Of a DNA stretch of 64,000 nucleotides, positions 33,360 to 43,947 are shown in pieces. Source of the DNA: an uncultured virus (IMG/VR IMGVR_UViG_3300029953_000003) (taxonomy: Duplodnaviria; Heunggongvirae; Uroviricota; Caudoviricetes). A program made the position numbers and the translations under genes. The notes under the pieces are model-generated. The model searched no databases, was not told the origin of the DNA, and saw only the letters and a program-made list of their open reading frames with translations. The DNA lies in the IMG/VR virus record IMGVR_UViG_3300029953_000003, one strand, 5' to 3'. Position 1 is the stretch's first letter, and each line of letters begins with the position of its first letter.

Positions 33360-34091
33360 TCACTGCATGCAAGCCTGCGCGCAGTACACGTTCATGCACC
33401 CGACGAACGTCGAGTCACTCGGACCGACGACCACCCCAGAGCACGGCGCGCCCGTCTCGCCGAAGCACGTCAACTGATCGGTCGCGTCCGCCAGGCTCGG
33501 GCTTGCGGTGAAGGCGTCGCAGCACTGCGCGATGAAGCATCCGCCGCATGCGTCGAGGTCGACCGCGCTTCCGGCGTTCGCCGCGAGCTGGGCTTGTGCC
33601 TGCTGGCAGGCCGAAGCTGCGACACCGCCGTCTGCCGCGAGGTTGACGACCGTCGGAGGAAGCTCCGTCCCGCAGTCATTGCGGCCGTACAGGTTCCATC
33701 CCGAGATGATCGGGAAGTCCTGAGGCTGAAACGTCGGGTCGACATCCTCGTCCTGCCGACTGTACCCGCCCGAGAGCGATGGCGGAACGCAGTCGTACAG
33801 CACCGAGCCGTTGTCGAGATCGGGCTGAATTCTGATCACGGACTGGACGAGCGCCTCGGTCTCGTAGATCGCCGTCGAACGCGACCACGAGCAGATCCAT
33901 CGGCTTTGCCGAGCCGTGCAGTCGAGCAAGGTCGGCTCGACACCGGGAGGAAACCACATGACCGTGCAAAAGAACGGAGCCTGATCCTCCGCGCAGATGG
34001 GGATGTCCTGTCCGTTTCTGCTGCAAGCCAGCGGCACAGCCGAGAGCAAAGAAACGGATACGGCCGCCGCAAGGAACGTCACTTTTCTCAT
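33360..34091 (-). CDS. Cys-rich lipoprotein
   Basis: lipobox VPLA-C; C..C....CC and VGCMNVYCAQAC. Confidence 0.7.
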   Translation of the reverse strand: MRKVTFLAAAVSVSLLSAVPLACSRNGQDIPICAEDQAPFFCTVMWFPPGVEPTLLDCTARQSRWICSWSRSTAIYETEALVQSVIRIQPDLDNGSVLYDCVPPSLSGGYSRQDEDVDPTFQPQDFPIISGWNLYGRNDCGTELPPTVVNLAADGGVAASACQQAQAQLAANAGSAVDLDACGGCFIAQCCDAFTASPSLADATDQLTCFGETGAPCSGVVVGPSDSTFVGCMNVYCAQACMQ

Positions 34092-34100
34092 GCTCGCGTC

Positions 34101-34391
34101 CTACCAGAGATTTTCTGAGAAAAGAAGACCCGCTACGATCCTGCTACCTTCTCTGATCTGGTTGTGGAGACGAGCGCTCAAGATCGCTTGCTGTCGGTTC
34201 AGGAAGCGCCCCGTCTCGTCAAGAAACCCTTGCTCGTCGTTGTCGACCGAATCCACGCCCGTGAGGCGCACGATCTCGCGAATGACGTCGTGGTGTCTGT
34301 TCGGCGGCGGAAGCGAATACACCTTGCCTTGAAACCGGATTGCGACGTGCGTGATCTTCGTCCGAGCCATGGATCGGGTGGCACGGCTCAC
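34101..34391 (-). CDS. conserved phage-type hypothetical protein
   Basis: RHHDVI..EQGFLDETGRFLNR..LFSENLW pattern recalled from phage genomes. Confidence 0.65.
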   Translation of the reverse strand: MSRATRSMARTKITHVAIRFQGKVYSLPPPNRHHDVIREIVRLTGVDSVDNDEQGFLDETGRFLNRQQAILSARLHNQIREGSRIVAGLLFSENLW

Positions 34392-34632
34392 GAGGGGTTG
34401 GCCGGCTCAAAGAGCGTCCAGAAATACGCCTCGGGCCCGCAAACGCGGTAGCCTCCACCCACCTCCACCGCTACGTCACCAACGAACATGCAGAGACGCG
34501 CACACGGCAGGTCCAGCGTCGCCACCTCGACGATCTCGCAGAGGGCATCGGTCGCGAGCTCACGCACGATCATGCCTTCCGCCGCTCCAGCGACCCTTGG
34601 GCCGATGTCCACCAGAGGAAGCTGAGCGTAGC

Positions 34633-34995
34633 TCACGACCGGCTCCGCGTGGCGACAGGAGCCGACGCCATCGGCTTGACGAGCCCCTCCAGTGGATCGC
34701 CAAGGCCCGCGTCGACCGCTTTCCGGCGGTACTCTTCAGACGCCATGAGATAGGGAGCCGACGCGCGCGCCGCCGCTTCGTTGTTCGGTCTGAACGCGAC
34801 CTCTCCGATCGCGCGCTGCTGGACGGCGAGGTAGCGGAGGCTCGGGTTCTTGTCGTTCTCCTGGCCTGGTCTGTACTCGTGCCAGATGGCGTTCTGCATG
34901 GGCTTGCGCACCTTGGCCCAGTGAGATCGGCACATGAACATCGACGGAGGCACGCCGGCGTTGCATCCATGCGCATGGCAAGTGTGGTAACCCAT
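34633..34995 (-). CDS. Zn-binding phage-type hypothetical protein
   Basis: HTCHAHGC..MFMCRSHW. Confidence 0.65.
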   Translation of the reverse strand: MGYHTCHAHGCNAGVPPSMFMCRSHWAKVRKPMQNAIWHEYRPGQENDKNPSLRYLAVQQRAIGEVAFRPNNEAAARASAPYLMASEEYRRKAVDAGLGDPLEGLVKPMASAPVATRSRS

Positions 34996-35304
34996 CGTCA
35001 GTCATCCTCTAGGCATTTTGCCATCATCCGACCATCCTGCGCTCTTGCGCGCGCCTGCGCCGTCTACCGCGCCGCGCGCCAACTCCCGCCCGGACGGAGA
35101 CGCCCTTCGTCACCACGACAATAGGCCGTTCGTCCCGCCACGCCCGCTTGAACGCGGCGCGGAACGATGCGTCTCGCAGCTCGTCGCCGAGCCATGCGCC
35201 GGCGGCAGCCTGCCTACGTGCGGTCTTGCTCACTTCGGTCATTCTGCACTTATAGCCCATCCGGCACAGGCCGGTCTTCACCGTGTCGCTTTCGCTCGTC
35301 TCCT

Positions 35305-35374
35305 GCGAACATCGTGAGCTGAAGGGTCCAGGGCCCTTTGGCCCTGGCGGGGGTGCAGGGGGCGGAGCCCCCTG
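35305..35374 (+). repeat. palindromic element copy 13 (just past the DinG stop)
   Basis: consensus match. Confidence 0.9.
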
Positions 35375-35384
35375 CGGGTCTCGC

Positions 35385-38300
35385 TCACTCTCTACCGAGA
35401 AAGTCCCCGATGTCGTTGATGTTCTGCATTGGCTCGCCCATGCCCAGCGCGTCGACGACCCGCGCGCCGTACTTGGACTCATCGGTGAGGCGCCGGTCGA
35501 GAATGACGACGACGCCGCGATCGTCTTTGGCCCGAACGAGCCGGCCTACGCCCTGGCGGAGGGCGATGATGGCCTTGGGGAGCATATAGTCGTAGAAGAT
35601 GTTGATCTTCCGTGCGCGAGGGTCGCGCTTTGGGTTGAGGAGCTCGCGGGCAGCGGCCTCTTCAAGCCAGCTCACGATCGGGTCGTCCTTGGGAGGGAAG
35701 GGAAGCCGGTCGATGACGACGCAGCTCAGGCTCCGGCCTGGCACGTCGACGCCGGCCCAGAAGCTCTTGGTGCCCAAAAGGACGCTGGATTCGTCCTCTT
35801 TGAAGCGGCGGATCAGGTGCTGGCGCGGGGCTTCGCCCTGAACGAGGATCGTGTAGGTCGAGCCCAACTTTTCCCGAACGAGCTCGGCGACGATGTCGAG
35901 GCGCTTTTTTGACGCGAAGAGGCCGAGGGTGCGGCCGCGAGATTGCTCGATCGACTGGACGACGAGCTTGCCGATCCCGTTCTCGAAAGCGCGCAGATCC
36001 TTCGGGTCAGGGGAGTTCCACGGGATCACGAGCCTGGACTGCTTCTTCAGGTCGAAGGGGCTTGAGACGATGAGCCGAGAGGCTCTCCAGGCGCCGACCG
36101 AGCGAACGAAGAAATCGAGTCGCCCGCCGCCGCCGTTGGGGACGACCGTCGACAGCGTTGCGCTGGTCGCGATGACGCTGGCGAAGTTCTCCGAGTCGAA
36201 GAGCAGCCGTTGCAGGTGCGGGCCCACTTCGATCGGGAGCGAGCCCAGGGTGACGGATTTGGTGTCTCCCGCGTGCTCGACGAAGTAGACGCTTTTTGTG
36301 GACTCGGTCAGGTTGATCACCCGCTCGATGTCGTCCGCGAGCTTTCTGGCGCGCCCTGCGGCGTTGACCAGCATGTCGAGCTCGGGCCCCGAGCCACCTT
36401 CGCGTCCTTCTTCCTCGCGCTTCTCGTCGTCCTTGGTGCGAAACTCGTCGGCCGCCCCGTCGTACAGATTCGCCGTACGCCGCAAGAGACCCGTGAGGTT
36501 CGACGGGTCGACCATCTTGGGCCCCTTGATCCGGAGTCTGTTCTCGGATGCGCGCACGACCGCGTCGATGGCGTTCGGCTCGGCGAACGCCGGCCTGTCG
36601 TCCCAGCGCACATCGACGACGCCGTCGCTGTCGACGACAACGTTTTGACTTTGTGGCGAATCTTCCTTCTTCGGCTCCTGAAAGAAGACTTCCTCGACCT
36701 GCATGAAGAAATCCGACCCTGCCTGGTTGAGGCCCATCTGGAGATCCTCGTCGATCACGCCGAGGCGTGTCTTGGCGCGCCGGGCGCCCGAAGGCGCGAG
36801 GAGGCGACCCGCATAGCGGACCGCGCCCTGGGTGAGGCGCAGGCCCAAGAACTCGCGGGCGATGTCGGCCGCCTCGTGGCAGTTGTGGACCACGACGTTC
36901 TCCACCAGGTAGGTGTGCGTTGACTCGATCTCCAGGTTGTAGACGACACCCCCTGGACACGCGCCACCAAAGGTGCCGTCGGGCGTCGGCTCGATGACCT
37001 CCACGTCGAGCACCGATGAGAACCATCGCTTTTCGGCGCCTGGGCTGACATCGCCACGGTCTCGGATCACGCGATCGGCCATCTTCTTGGCCTGGTGGTA
37101 GCCCTTGAAGTGGCGGGGGGAACGAAGCGCGAATGCAGGGACCCAGCCGCGCTCAGTGAGAAAGGGATGCCACGGCGTGCACACCAACACGACGTCATGA
37201 TCGCCGTCTCCGTCGCCCTCGACACGTACTCGAACCAGGCTGCTAGGCCGACTCGATAGCACCTGGCAGACAGTGGCAAGAACAAAGCTCCGCGTCGTCT
37301 CGTTGTACGACCGCACCTTGTCGCCTACGCAAACGCGCTCGATCGGAACGCGGCCGACCATCGTCCCGGCGACGAAGCACTCGTCGAGGATCGCGATGTC
37401 GAACGGGGGCAGCACATTCCCAAGGGTCAAGTGCGCGAAGAGTAGGTGGTAGTTGGTCACCATGATGTTCGCGTCGTGCCACGCCGTCTTGGCCTTCTCG
37501 GAGTAGCAGGAGCCGTGGTTCGGGCAGCTCTTTCCCAAGCAGTCGTCCGCCGAGACGCTCACCCTTGGCTTCAGGGCGCGGCCGAGCTCAAAGGGCAGCT
37601 CCGAAAGGTCGCCCGTCCTGGTCTCCCTCGACCAGCGCCGGATCTCGGTCCAGAGCCGAGTCAGCTCTGCGTCGCGAAACGGCTGGCGCTCGAGCTCCGC
37701 GTTCGTCCCCTCGATTCGGTCAAGGCAGGCGTACTGCTGTCGGCCCTTCGCGATCGCTGCCGTGAACTCCCATGGCAACACCGTCTGGAGCCGCGGGACG
37801 TCGCTCGAGATCAACTGCGACTGTAGTGCGATGTTCGCGGTCACAATCAGCGCCCTGGGTGGTCCATCGTTTTCCGCAGAGGGCGACCGCGCTGCCATGA
37901 GCTCATCGGCCCGCTGCGTCACGTGGTAGATCGCCGGCACCATGTAGGCGACCGACTTGCCCGTGTTGTGCGTCACCGTGAGATCGTCGAGGAGGTAGCG
38001 ACCATCCCCATCGAGCGAGAAGCCGTAGTAGCGTCCAGTCTCTCCGTGTCGCTCGACGCGAAACGAGAAAAAGTGCCGCTGCATGAAGTCCCATCCTGCG
38101 GATGGGTGGTTGTACTGGAACAGCACAAATTGCCGCTTGAGCGCTTCGGGCCACTCGAGCCACGCTCGCACAGTGACATCGACGACGCTGTCACCGCAGC
38201 CGTACGACTGAACCCGCTGAAGCGTCTTCAAAGTATCGACGTACCAGGCCGTCGCGGCATCCCCATTGGCGGTGATGTCCTCCTGCTGGCGCGACGTGCG

Positions 38301-38690
38301 CGCGCGCAGGAGCGTCAGCACATGGTCCAGGTTCACCCGCCACGGGCGAAGCCGCGCCAGGTCCGGCACGATGTCCACCAGCTCGGCCTCGCCTCGCACG
38401 AGCTCGACGACCCGACGAGGCTCGCGGCTGGGTCCTGCAAGCAGGTCGCCGACGACGATGTCCTCGACTCGCTTCGTGTTCTCAAAGAACCTGAGCGACC
38501 CGTCGAACATCAGGATCCCTTGCCCCGCCGCATGGCACCCCGTCGGCGCCTCGATCATCGCCGGCCGGCGATCCAAGATCGCCTGATCCACCGCGCGCGC
38601 CATCTCGACCTGCCCCTCGCGCGGCACGTACCCCGCGTAAGCCTGGCCAAGGTAGCCGTCAGGGCCAAAAACATCGTCGATGTAGGTCAC
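35385..38690 (-). CDS. dinG: DinG/YoaA-family ATP-dependent helicase with two inteins
   Basis: EAPTG/TGKS, Fe-S cysteines, DE/CH, TSATL, FWAGVDVPG, RQGVGRLVR. Confidence 0.93.
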   Translation of the reverse strand: MTYIDDVFGPDGYLGQAYAGYVPREGQVEMARAVDQAILDRRPAMIEAPTGCHAAGQGILMFDGSLRFFENTKRVEDIVVGDLLAGPSREPRRVVELVRGEAELVDIVPDLARLRPWRVNLDHVLTLLRARTSRQQEDITANGDAATAWYVDTLKTLQRVQSYGCGDSVVDVTVRAWLEWPEALKRQFVLFQYNHPSAGWDFMQRHFFSFRVERHGETGRYYGFSLDGDGRYLLDDLTVTHNTGKSVAYMVPAIYHVTQRADELMAARSPSAENDGPPRALIVTANIALQSQLISSDVPRLQTVLPWEFTAAIAKGRQQYACLDRIEGTNAELERQPFRDAELTRLWTEIRRWSRETRTGDLSELPFELGRALKPRVSVSADDCLGKSCPNHGSCYSEKAKTAWHDANIMVTNYHLLFAHLTLGNVLPPFDIAILDECFVAGTMVGRVPIERVCVGDKVRSYNETTRSFVLATVCQVLSSRPSSLVRVRVEGDGDGDHDVVLVCTPWHPFLTERGWVPAFALRSPRHFKGYHQAKKMADRVIRDRGDVSPGAEKRWFSSVLDVEVIEPTPDGTFGGACPGGVVYNLEIESTHTYLVENVVVHNCHEAADIAREFLGLRLTQGAVRYAGRLLAPSGARRAKTRLGVIDEDLQMGLNQAGSDFFMQVEEVFFQEPKKEDSPQSQNVVVDSDGVVDVRWDDRPAFAEPNAIDAVVRASENRLRIKGPKMVDPSNLTGLLRRTANLYDGAADEFRTKDDEKREEEGREGGSGPELDMLVNAAGRARKLADDIERVINLTESTKSVYFVEHAGDTKSVTLGSLPIEVGPHLQRLLFDSENFASVIATSATLSTVVPNGGGGRLDFFVRSVGAWRASRLIVSSPFDLKKQSRLVIPWNSPDPKDLRAFENGIGKLVVQSIEQSRGRTLGLFASKKRLDIVAELVREKLGSTYTILVQGEAPRQHLIRRFKEDESSVLLGTKSFWAGVDVPGRSLSCVVIDRLPFPPKDDPIVSWLEEAAARELLNPKRDPRARKINIFYDYMLPKAIIALRQGVGRLVRAKDDRGVVVILDRRLTDESKYGARVVDALGMGEPMQNINDIGDFLGRE
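36882..37379 (-). mobile_element. mini-intein (166 aa) in DinG Walker B
   Basis: ILDE|CFVAGT..CTPWHPF..VYNLEIESTHTYLVENVVVHN|CHE. Confidence 0.92.
37965..38537 (-). mobile_element. mini-intein (191 aa) in DinG Walker A
   Basis: APTG|CHAAGQGILMFDG..VNLDHVL..YYGFSLDGDGRYLLDDLTVTHN|TGKS. Confidence 0.92.
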
Positions 38691-38741
38691 GTAGATCCTT
38701 CTGTGGAAAGATGCTTGGGGGCTGCCAGCACCCAACTGGGG

Positions 38742-39119
38742 CTAACTTCGTAGCGTGTTGAGATAGCCGAAGAAATGGCGCCAAAGATCCGGCGCCAAAG
38801 CCTGGTGCCTACGAAACTCGTCCATCGCAACATCATCTTCGAGGATCTTGATAAGAAAATCCTTCGGAAGAGTTTCCGGGTGTGTGCGGATTACGTGACC
38901 ACGCATCAAGGTAAGAGCAACGCTATGATGGAAGTGACAATGCCCGTAGCACTTTCCGCATACTTTGCAGCGGATGGCCCCGCAGCTAGGCTCGGCGCAA
39001 CTATTTCCTTCGCAGGGAGGATGCGCCGATGATGCTGCGACAGAAGCGCATGATGTTCCGCAGCAGCGCTTGAATTTCTTGCCAGATCCACACCGGCAAA
39101 GCCCATTGCGTCCGTTCAT
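38742..39119 (-). CDS. SEC-C motif protein
   Basis: GRNGLCRCGSGKKFKRCC. Confidence 0.75.
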   Translation of the reverse strand: MNGRNGLCRCGSGKKFKRCCGTSCASVAASSAHPPCEGNSCAEPSCGAIRCKVCGKCYGHCHFHHSVALTLMRGHVIRTHPETLPKDFLIKILEDDVAMDEFRRHQALAPDLWRHFFGYLNTLRS

Positions 39120-39182
39120 CTGTGTTTCGTATCAGTACCGAGCATCAAGCGTCAAGCTACACGAGAGTGCGTTGCTACCTCG

Positions 39183-39476
39183 CTATCTCGCGCGAATGAT
39201 TCTGGCTCCGCTCCTGTACGCCTTCTTCATGCTCTGGGCGATCGTTCTCCACGACTCGTTGGTCGCGGCTTTTTCGCTCGCGTCTTCGATGATGACAAGG
39301 TCGTCAAGAGCCTTCGCGCACCCCTCTCGCTCGACCAGCGCGGCAGATTTTGCCATCTCCTCGAAGAACGCACCAAGGATCGGAACGAGGAGCTCCCGGA
39401 TCATTTCCTTCTGGTCCGGGTTTGCTTCACAGAGCTTGGACACCAACTCGGGCGGCAACTTTTGGCTATTCGGCAT
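39183..39476 (-). CDS. hypothetical protein
   Basis: AAGGAAA RBS; EREGCAK..IRAR phage-type pattern. Confidence 0.55.
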   Translation of the reverse strand: MPNSQKLPPELVSKLCEANPDQKEMIRELLVPILGAFFEEMAKSAALVEREGCAKALDDLVIIEDASEKAATNESWRTIAQSMKKAYRSGARIIRAR

Positions 39477-39500
39477 TGCCGCTTTTCCTTTCGCGCACGC

Positions 39501-40274
39501 TCAACACATGCAGTTGTACTCGGTCTTGCCACAGATCGTGAGTGGCTTCACCGTCTTGCCGCAGGAGTGGCACATCTCTCCGACGTCAGAAGCCAACCAT
39601 GCCCGCACGCCGCCCTTCGTGGCAGATTGAGCTGCCGCCGTGACCGTTGACGGCGCGGCTTTTGCGCCCGAAACACCACGGGTCGTGAAAGGAAGGAACT
39701 CGACGATCGAAACGCGCTGGAAGCCTTGCCTCGGCGCAAGACTGCACTGTTGCAGGCGGAGAATGTCGGCCTTGGTCTTGACGGGACCGAGCGGCGGCGC
39801 ACATGAAATGTGCACCGTGTCACAGGCATAGAGCGCTGGATCCAGCATGCCAGGGTCGTCAGGCATGGCAAGTCGAGCGCGGAACGCCTGCACGAGGAGG
39901 TCGACGTCCTTGGCGCCACCGTGGTTGCGCGAGCCGTCAACGAGGAACAGGCCGTCTCCGTAGTATGCCACGCTCAGCCAGAAACCAGCCCCTGACGCGT
40001 GGTAACCGCTGAACGCCCAGCGGTAGCCGCGAACCGCACGAATATGAGCCGACAGCTCCTGTGCGAGCGTGTAATGCGTCATCCCCGACGGGAGGATGCT
40101 CCTGAGCGCGCCGACGTAGAAAAGCAGGCAGTCCTGGCACTTGGCATGAAAGACAGCGACGGGCGCGCGAACGGGATCGATGCAGAGAGAAACCGGAGTC
40201 TCGTGGCTATAACAGCCCGAGAAGCACGCGTGCTCTTCGATGGCCAGGAGGAGCGATGCAGGGAGAGCCATCAC
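39501..40274 (-). CDS. hypothetical protein with C-terminal Zn ribbon
   Basis: long ORF with GGAGG RBS. Confidence 0.6.
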   Translation of the reverse strand: MMALPASLLLAIEEHACFSGCYSHETPVSLCIDPVRAPVAVFHAKCQDCLLFYVGALRSILPSGMTHYTLAQELSAHIRAVRGYRWAFSGYHASGAGFWLSVAYYGDGLFLVDGSRNHGGAKDVDLLVQAFRARLAMPDDPGMLDPALYACDTVHISCAPPLGPVKTKADILRLQQCSLAPRQGFQRVSIVEFLPFTTRGVSGAKAAPSTVTAAAQSATKGGVRAWLASDVGEMCHSCGKTVKPLTICGKTEYNCMC

Positions 40275-40627
40275 CAGCCTCCCAGGAGGTGGAGCGCCGC
40301 CACCACCTCGAGCGCGTCGCTCACGGCGAAGAGCGACATGCCACGAACCTGCCAGGTGCAGCCGGGGTGGGCTCCACGCACGAGATCGGTCAAGATCTTT
40401 GGGACGTTCGCCACATCATGGCCCGTCTTGAAGATCTCCCACGCGACGTTGCTCCGCGTGACGATGGTGCCAAGACCGATGCCGCGCGCCGGATCGTAGT
40501 TCGGGGGGAAGTACGACGGGTCCTCGGCCCTCGTGATCAGGGCGCGCCGCTGAATGTGAGCGACGGCGGACCCGATCCTCACGGTCGGCGGACACGTGGC
40601 AAGCCCAGGCACATCTTTGACAATCAT
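40271..40627 (-). CDS. hypothetical protein
   Basis: MIVKDVPG start after AGGAG; coupled to the downstream gene. Confidence 0.55.
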   Translation of the reverse strand: MIVKDVPGLATCPPTVRIGSAVAHIQRRALITRAEDPSYFPPNYDPARGIGLGTIVTRSNVAWEIFKTGHDVANVPKILTDLVRGAHPGCTWQVRGMSLFAVSDALEVVAALHLLGGW

Positions 40628-40631
40628 GGTC

Positions 40632-40690
40632 TGCAAGCTCCTGCGCCAGGATGGCGCGATGATGCAAGCTCCTGCGCCAGGATGGCGCGA
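40632..40690. repeat. 28-bp perfect direct repeat x2 (period 31)
   Basis: TGCAAGCTCCTGCGCCAGGATGGCGCGA twice. Confidence 0.9.
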
Positions 40691-41446
40691 GATCTCATTA
40701 GAAGAAGGCGTTGGCCGCATCCGAGACACCGAAGTAGCTATGGCGCTCGAGGTCGTAGTTGGACATGCGGCGGTGCGCGTCTTCGCGGCTGTCGTACACG
40801 GCATCGTGCGACGAGTAGACGCCGGCGACATGGGGCGGGTAAGCTTACCTCGAGCTCGTTGCTGGGCGCCTGGCGGTAGCTCAGCGCCTCGGCGAAAACG
40901 CGATCCAAAGCAATCTTTTGCTCAGGCTTGAGGGGTGATCTGCTGAACGTCAACATCCGACGCAACGTAGGGCTGCGCCGCACAAGCGTCAAGCGCGAAG
41001 CTCGTGGCGTCAGCGTAGCTCGACGGCTGCCTCCTCGGCTGCGTGCTCGAAGGCTTCCGCGGCGCGGGCGATCCAGGTCACCGGGAGCGCATTCTTGAGC
41101 GCACTCGAGAACGTCGCGCACCCGGCAAGGCGCAGCACCGACCGCAGAAGGCACGCCATCAGCGCCAAGTTTTCTCGATGTGTCCACTGGGCCTCCGCGT
41201 CGACCCTCACCTGCGTACCGGAGACGGTTCTCGCTTCGCCTGCCGCGAGCCCTGCGTCGTCCTGCGCGGTTTCTTTCGCTGTCCTGTTCATCGTCATGCC
41301 TCCCCTTGAAAGCGCGAGAATACGACCGATCGCGAGTCAGTCAAGCGTCACGCTTCACGCTTTGTGTTGTAAAAACTGACACATGGGCACGATCCATGAC
41401 CCTTGCCCCTTGCCTGCGCCTGGCGATCCTATCAGGATTCCGAGAA

Positions 41447-41796
41447 TGCTCACCCAGCGCACGGCTGCCCGGATCGCCGCCCTTCCCTACATTCTCGTGG
41501 GCGTGCTCGCCGCGCCCGTCCCGGTGTGGTGGTGCCTCAACGACGCAAGCTGCTCCGCGTCTGCGCCGGCGCAGCTACCGCCTGCGGTCGACGCCGGCGC
41601 GTCGCCACCCCTCGTGCACTGCCAGAAGCTCGACGGCGACACTTGCCGAGGAGCCGGTGGCTCAGAGACATGGCAAGGACGCTGGCTCTTTCAGCCAGCG
41701 TGCGCTTGCCTGATCGACGGAGTGACGTGCGTGGGCGCCTCCGGGCTTGACGGCGGGGCCGGCTGTTGGGCGCGCGGGACGAGCAGCAGGGAATGA
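41447..41796 (+). CDS. Cys-rich secreted or membrane protein
   Basis: TM segment, DAG motif, several Cys. Confidence 0.5.
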
Positions 41797-41867
41797 CGCA
41801 AAGGGCGGAGCGAGTTCAGGCGGGTTGGGCATGAAGCAGACCGCTACCGAGAGGCTCGTGGCTTCGC

Positions 41868-42782
41868 TCAGAACTTGGTCCAGACGCGCGCGTACTTGAT
41901 CCCGCGACCGAAGACGACGCGCTCGGCAAGTCCCAGCGCGAGAAGAGCGCCGTCAGCATGCAAGTCGGTCTCCCAGTGGTAGGCGATGCACTCGTCCTTG
42001 CTGCTGGCGATGTCGTCGGGAAGATCGGCCGGCACGGTGCCGTAGCGCTTGAGCTTGTCGAGCGACTCCATGGCGAACGATGGCTCGAGGAGCGACTTGT
42101 TCTTTTTCTTGCCGAGGTCCTCGAGCACCTGGAGGACGGCGGCCTTGTCGCCGCGTGCGGCGGCGTCGCGGATCAGGGCGCCGGCGCGATCGAGGATCGC
42201 TTTGCGCTCGAGGAGGGTCTTGCCGCGCTGGATGCGCGTCGCTTCGGCCTTCGCTTCCTTCTCGTTCTTCACGGCCAATCGCCCGTTCGCGCGGCTCTCC
42301 TGCTGGTCCTTTTGCTCTGGAGTGCGGCCCTCTTCGTCGAGGGTGCGAAGTGGCCTGAGCTGCCACGCGTCATAGCGTTTCACGTAATGCTTCTGAGTCT
42401 CTCTTGCCATGTGCGCCTGAGACTCTGCTGCTCTACGAGCGTTCAAGAGCTCCCACGCCCATGTTGCGTCCGATGGCGTGATTTCGACGCTCTTCTCGAG
42501 GCGGCCACGCATCTCTTTGCGATAAAGAACCGTGACCTCGCCGGCGTCGATTTCTCGAATGTACTCACACGCCCTTGCCTCGTCCGCACGATAGCCAGAA
42601 ATGACAAGCGGGATGAGCTCGCGGCTCCGCTCGTACGCGAGCGACCCCTCGCCTGGGCAGCGACCGTGCACCGAACCATTGCCAGGGCGCTTGTAGCCGT
42701 GAAGCGCCAAGATGCCACCCGGCGTTGACTTGAAATCACCCTCGCAGACCTGGCAGTTCCCAACGTGGCGCTGAACAATCAT
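41868..42782 (-). CDS. hypothetical protein with CxxC-HGY.RP domain
   Basis: GNCQVC..LALHGYKRPG..CPG..YERS. Confidence 0.65.
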   Translation of the reverse strand: MIVQRHVGNCQVCEGDFKSTPGGILALHGYKRPGNGSVHGRCPGEGSLAYERSRELIPLVISGYRADEARACEYIREIDAGEVTVLYRKEMRGRLEKSVEITPSDATWAWELLNARRAAESQAHMARETQKHYVKRYDAWQLRPLRTLDEEGRTPEQKDQQESRANGRLAVKNEKEAKAEATRIQRGKTLLERKAILDRAGALIRDAAARGDKAAVLQVLEDLGKKKNKSLLEPSFAMESLDKLKRYGTVPADLPDDIASSKDECIAYHWETDLHADGALLALGLAERVVFGRGIKYARVWTKF

Positions 42783-42822
42783 CGACCGGCCCTCCAATGC
42801 GTAAAATCGCGGCAGTGCGCCG

Positions 42823-43947
42823 TCAGGCGCGATCATCGAGCCTCTTCACCCACCTGTCGAACGCATCCGAGAGCGGCGGCGGCATTTCGCGATTCCCCTC
42901 TCGCGGGAGCGAGCGAACGCGCCAGAGCCGGATCATCTTCTCCAGCCCAAGAATCCCCTGCTTGATCGTCTCGACGTTGATCTTGGACGACTTGATCGCG
43001 TTCTTGACCGCGCCGTCCCACCCCGGATCTCCTGGCCGAAACGGATCACCCGTTCGCCTTGGAATCGAGATAGCCGTGCCAGCCTCCAGCAGACGGACCG
43101 CCTTCTCGACAGAAAGCTTCTCCGCCTGGAGACTTTTGAGGTGGTGATCGCATCCACTTCGCGAAAGCTCATAGGGGCCGAACAGCATCCCGTGACACTT
43201 GCCGACCGCGCCGCTCCCGTCCCTCGGCCGCTGGTAGCCGTGAAGCGCCATCTTCGACGGCGAGTCCAGCTTGATGTTCCGGAAACAGTACGTGCACGTT
43301 CCGGTGTTGTCGCGGGTACGCGCAAGTCCAGGGACATGCTCGTCAGTCCCGAGAGCCTCGTTGACCTGCTTGAGGTAGCCTGTCTCGTTCTTGAGCCATT
43401 TCGAGACCGCATAAACGCCGAGGAAAACGCGGCCAGGCTGCTCTGAGCTCGCGGGAGCACCGTCCTTTGACGCAAACCCGCCGTCGTGAAGCTGCCTCCT
43501 GTCGGGCAGGAGCAAGAACGTCTTCTTCTCTGGCGAGATGAAGACGAGCCCCTTTGCGCCGACCCACTCCTCGTACTCGAAAACGCTGCGCGGGCTGCCG
43601 AAGTATCCCTCCGCCCTGATCGGGGTGACGCCTCGGGTGTACGAGCGTCCGACCTCGGGCTTCGCCGGAAGCTTCGCGACCTGGCGCTGGAGCACGCGCT
43701 GGTGCGCCGCCTCGACCTGGGCCAGTCCACCTTTTTCGTTTCCCGTGTGGTGGACGTACCGAAGCGTCGGGCCCTCTTCGTGGTGGATGGCGACCAGGCC
43801 GACGAACGGCTCGATCGTCCACCCGCCCAGAAATTCGAGAATCTCCTCGAGCTTCCCCAGGGTCAGCGAGCTGTCCGCCCCCTTGCGGATCTTGGACAGC
43901 AGCTCGAGCATCTTGGCTCGGTCGACCGGCTTCTTCGCTTTCGCCAT
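42823..43947 (-). CDS. hypothetical protein with CxxC-HGY.RP domain (paralog of neighbour)
   Basis: GTCTYC..MALHGYQRP..CHG..YELS. Confidence 0.65.
   Translation of the reverse strand: MAKAKKPVDRAKMLELLSKIRKGADSSLTLGKLEEILEFLGGWTIEPFVGLVAIHHEEGPTLRYVHHTGNEKGGLAQVEAAHQRVLQRQVAKLPAKPEVGRSYTRGVTPIRAEGYFGSPRSVFEYEEWVGAKGLVFISPEKKTFLLLPDRRQLHDGGFASKDGAPASSEQPGRVFLGVYAVSKWLKNETGYLKQVNEALGTDEHVPGLARTRDNTGTCTYCFRNIKLDSPSKMALHGYQRPRDGSGAVGKCHGMLFGPYELSRSGCDHHLKSLQAEKLSVEKAVRLLEAGTAISIPRRTGDPFRPGDPGWDGAVKNAIKSSKINVETIKQGILGLEKMIRLWRVRSLPREGNREMPPPLSDAFDRWVKRLDDRA

Noticed and set aside
36601..36615. Element relic in DinG (TCCCAGCGCACATCG, DVRW)
   Set aside because: Only ~14 bp similar to copy 11, with no hairpins; may be chance.
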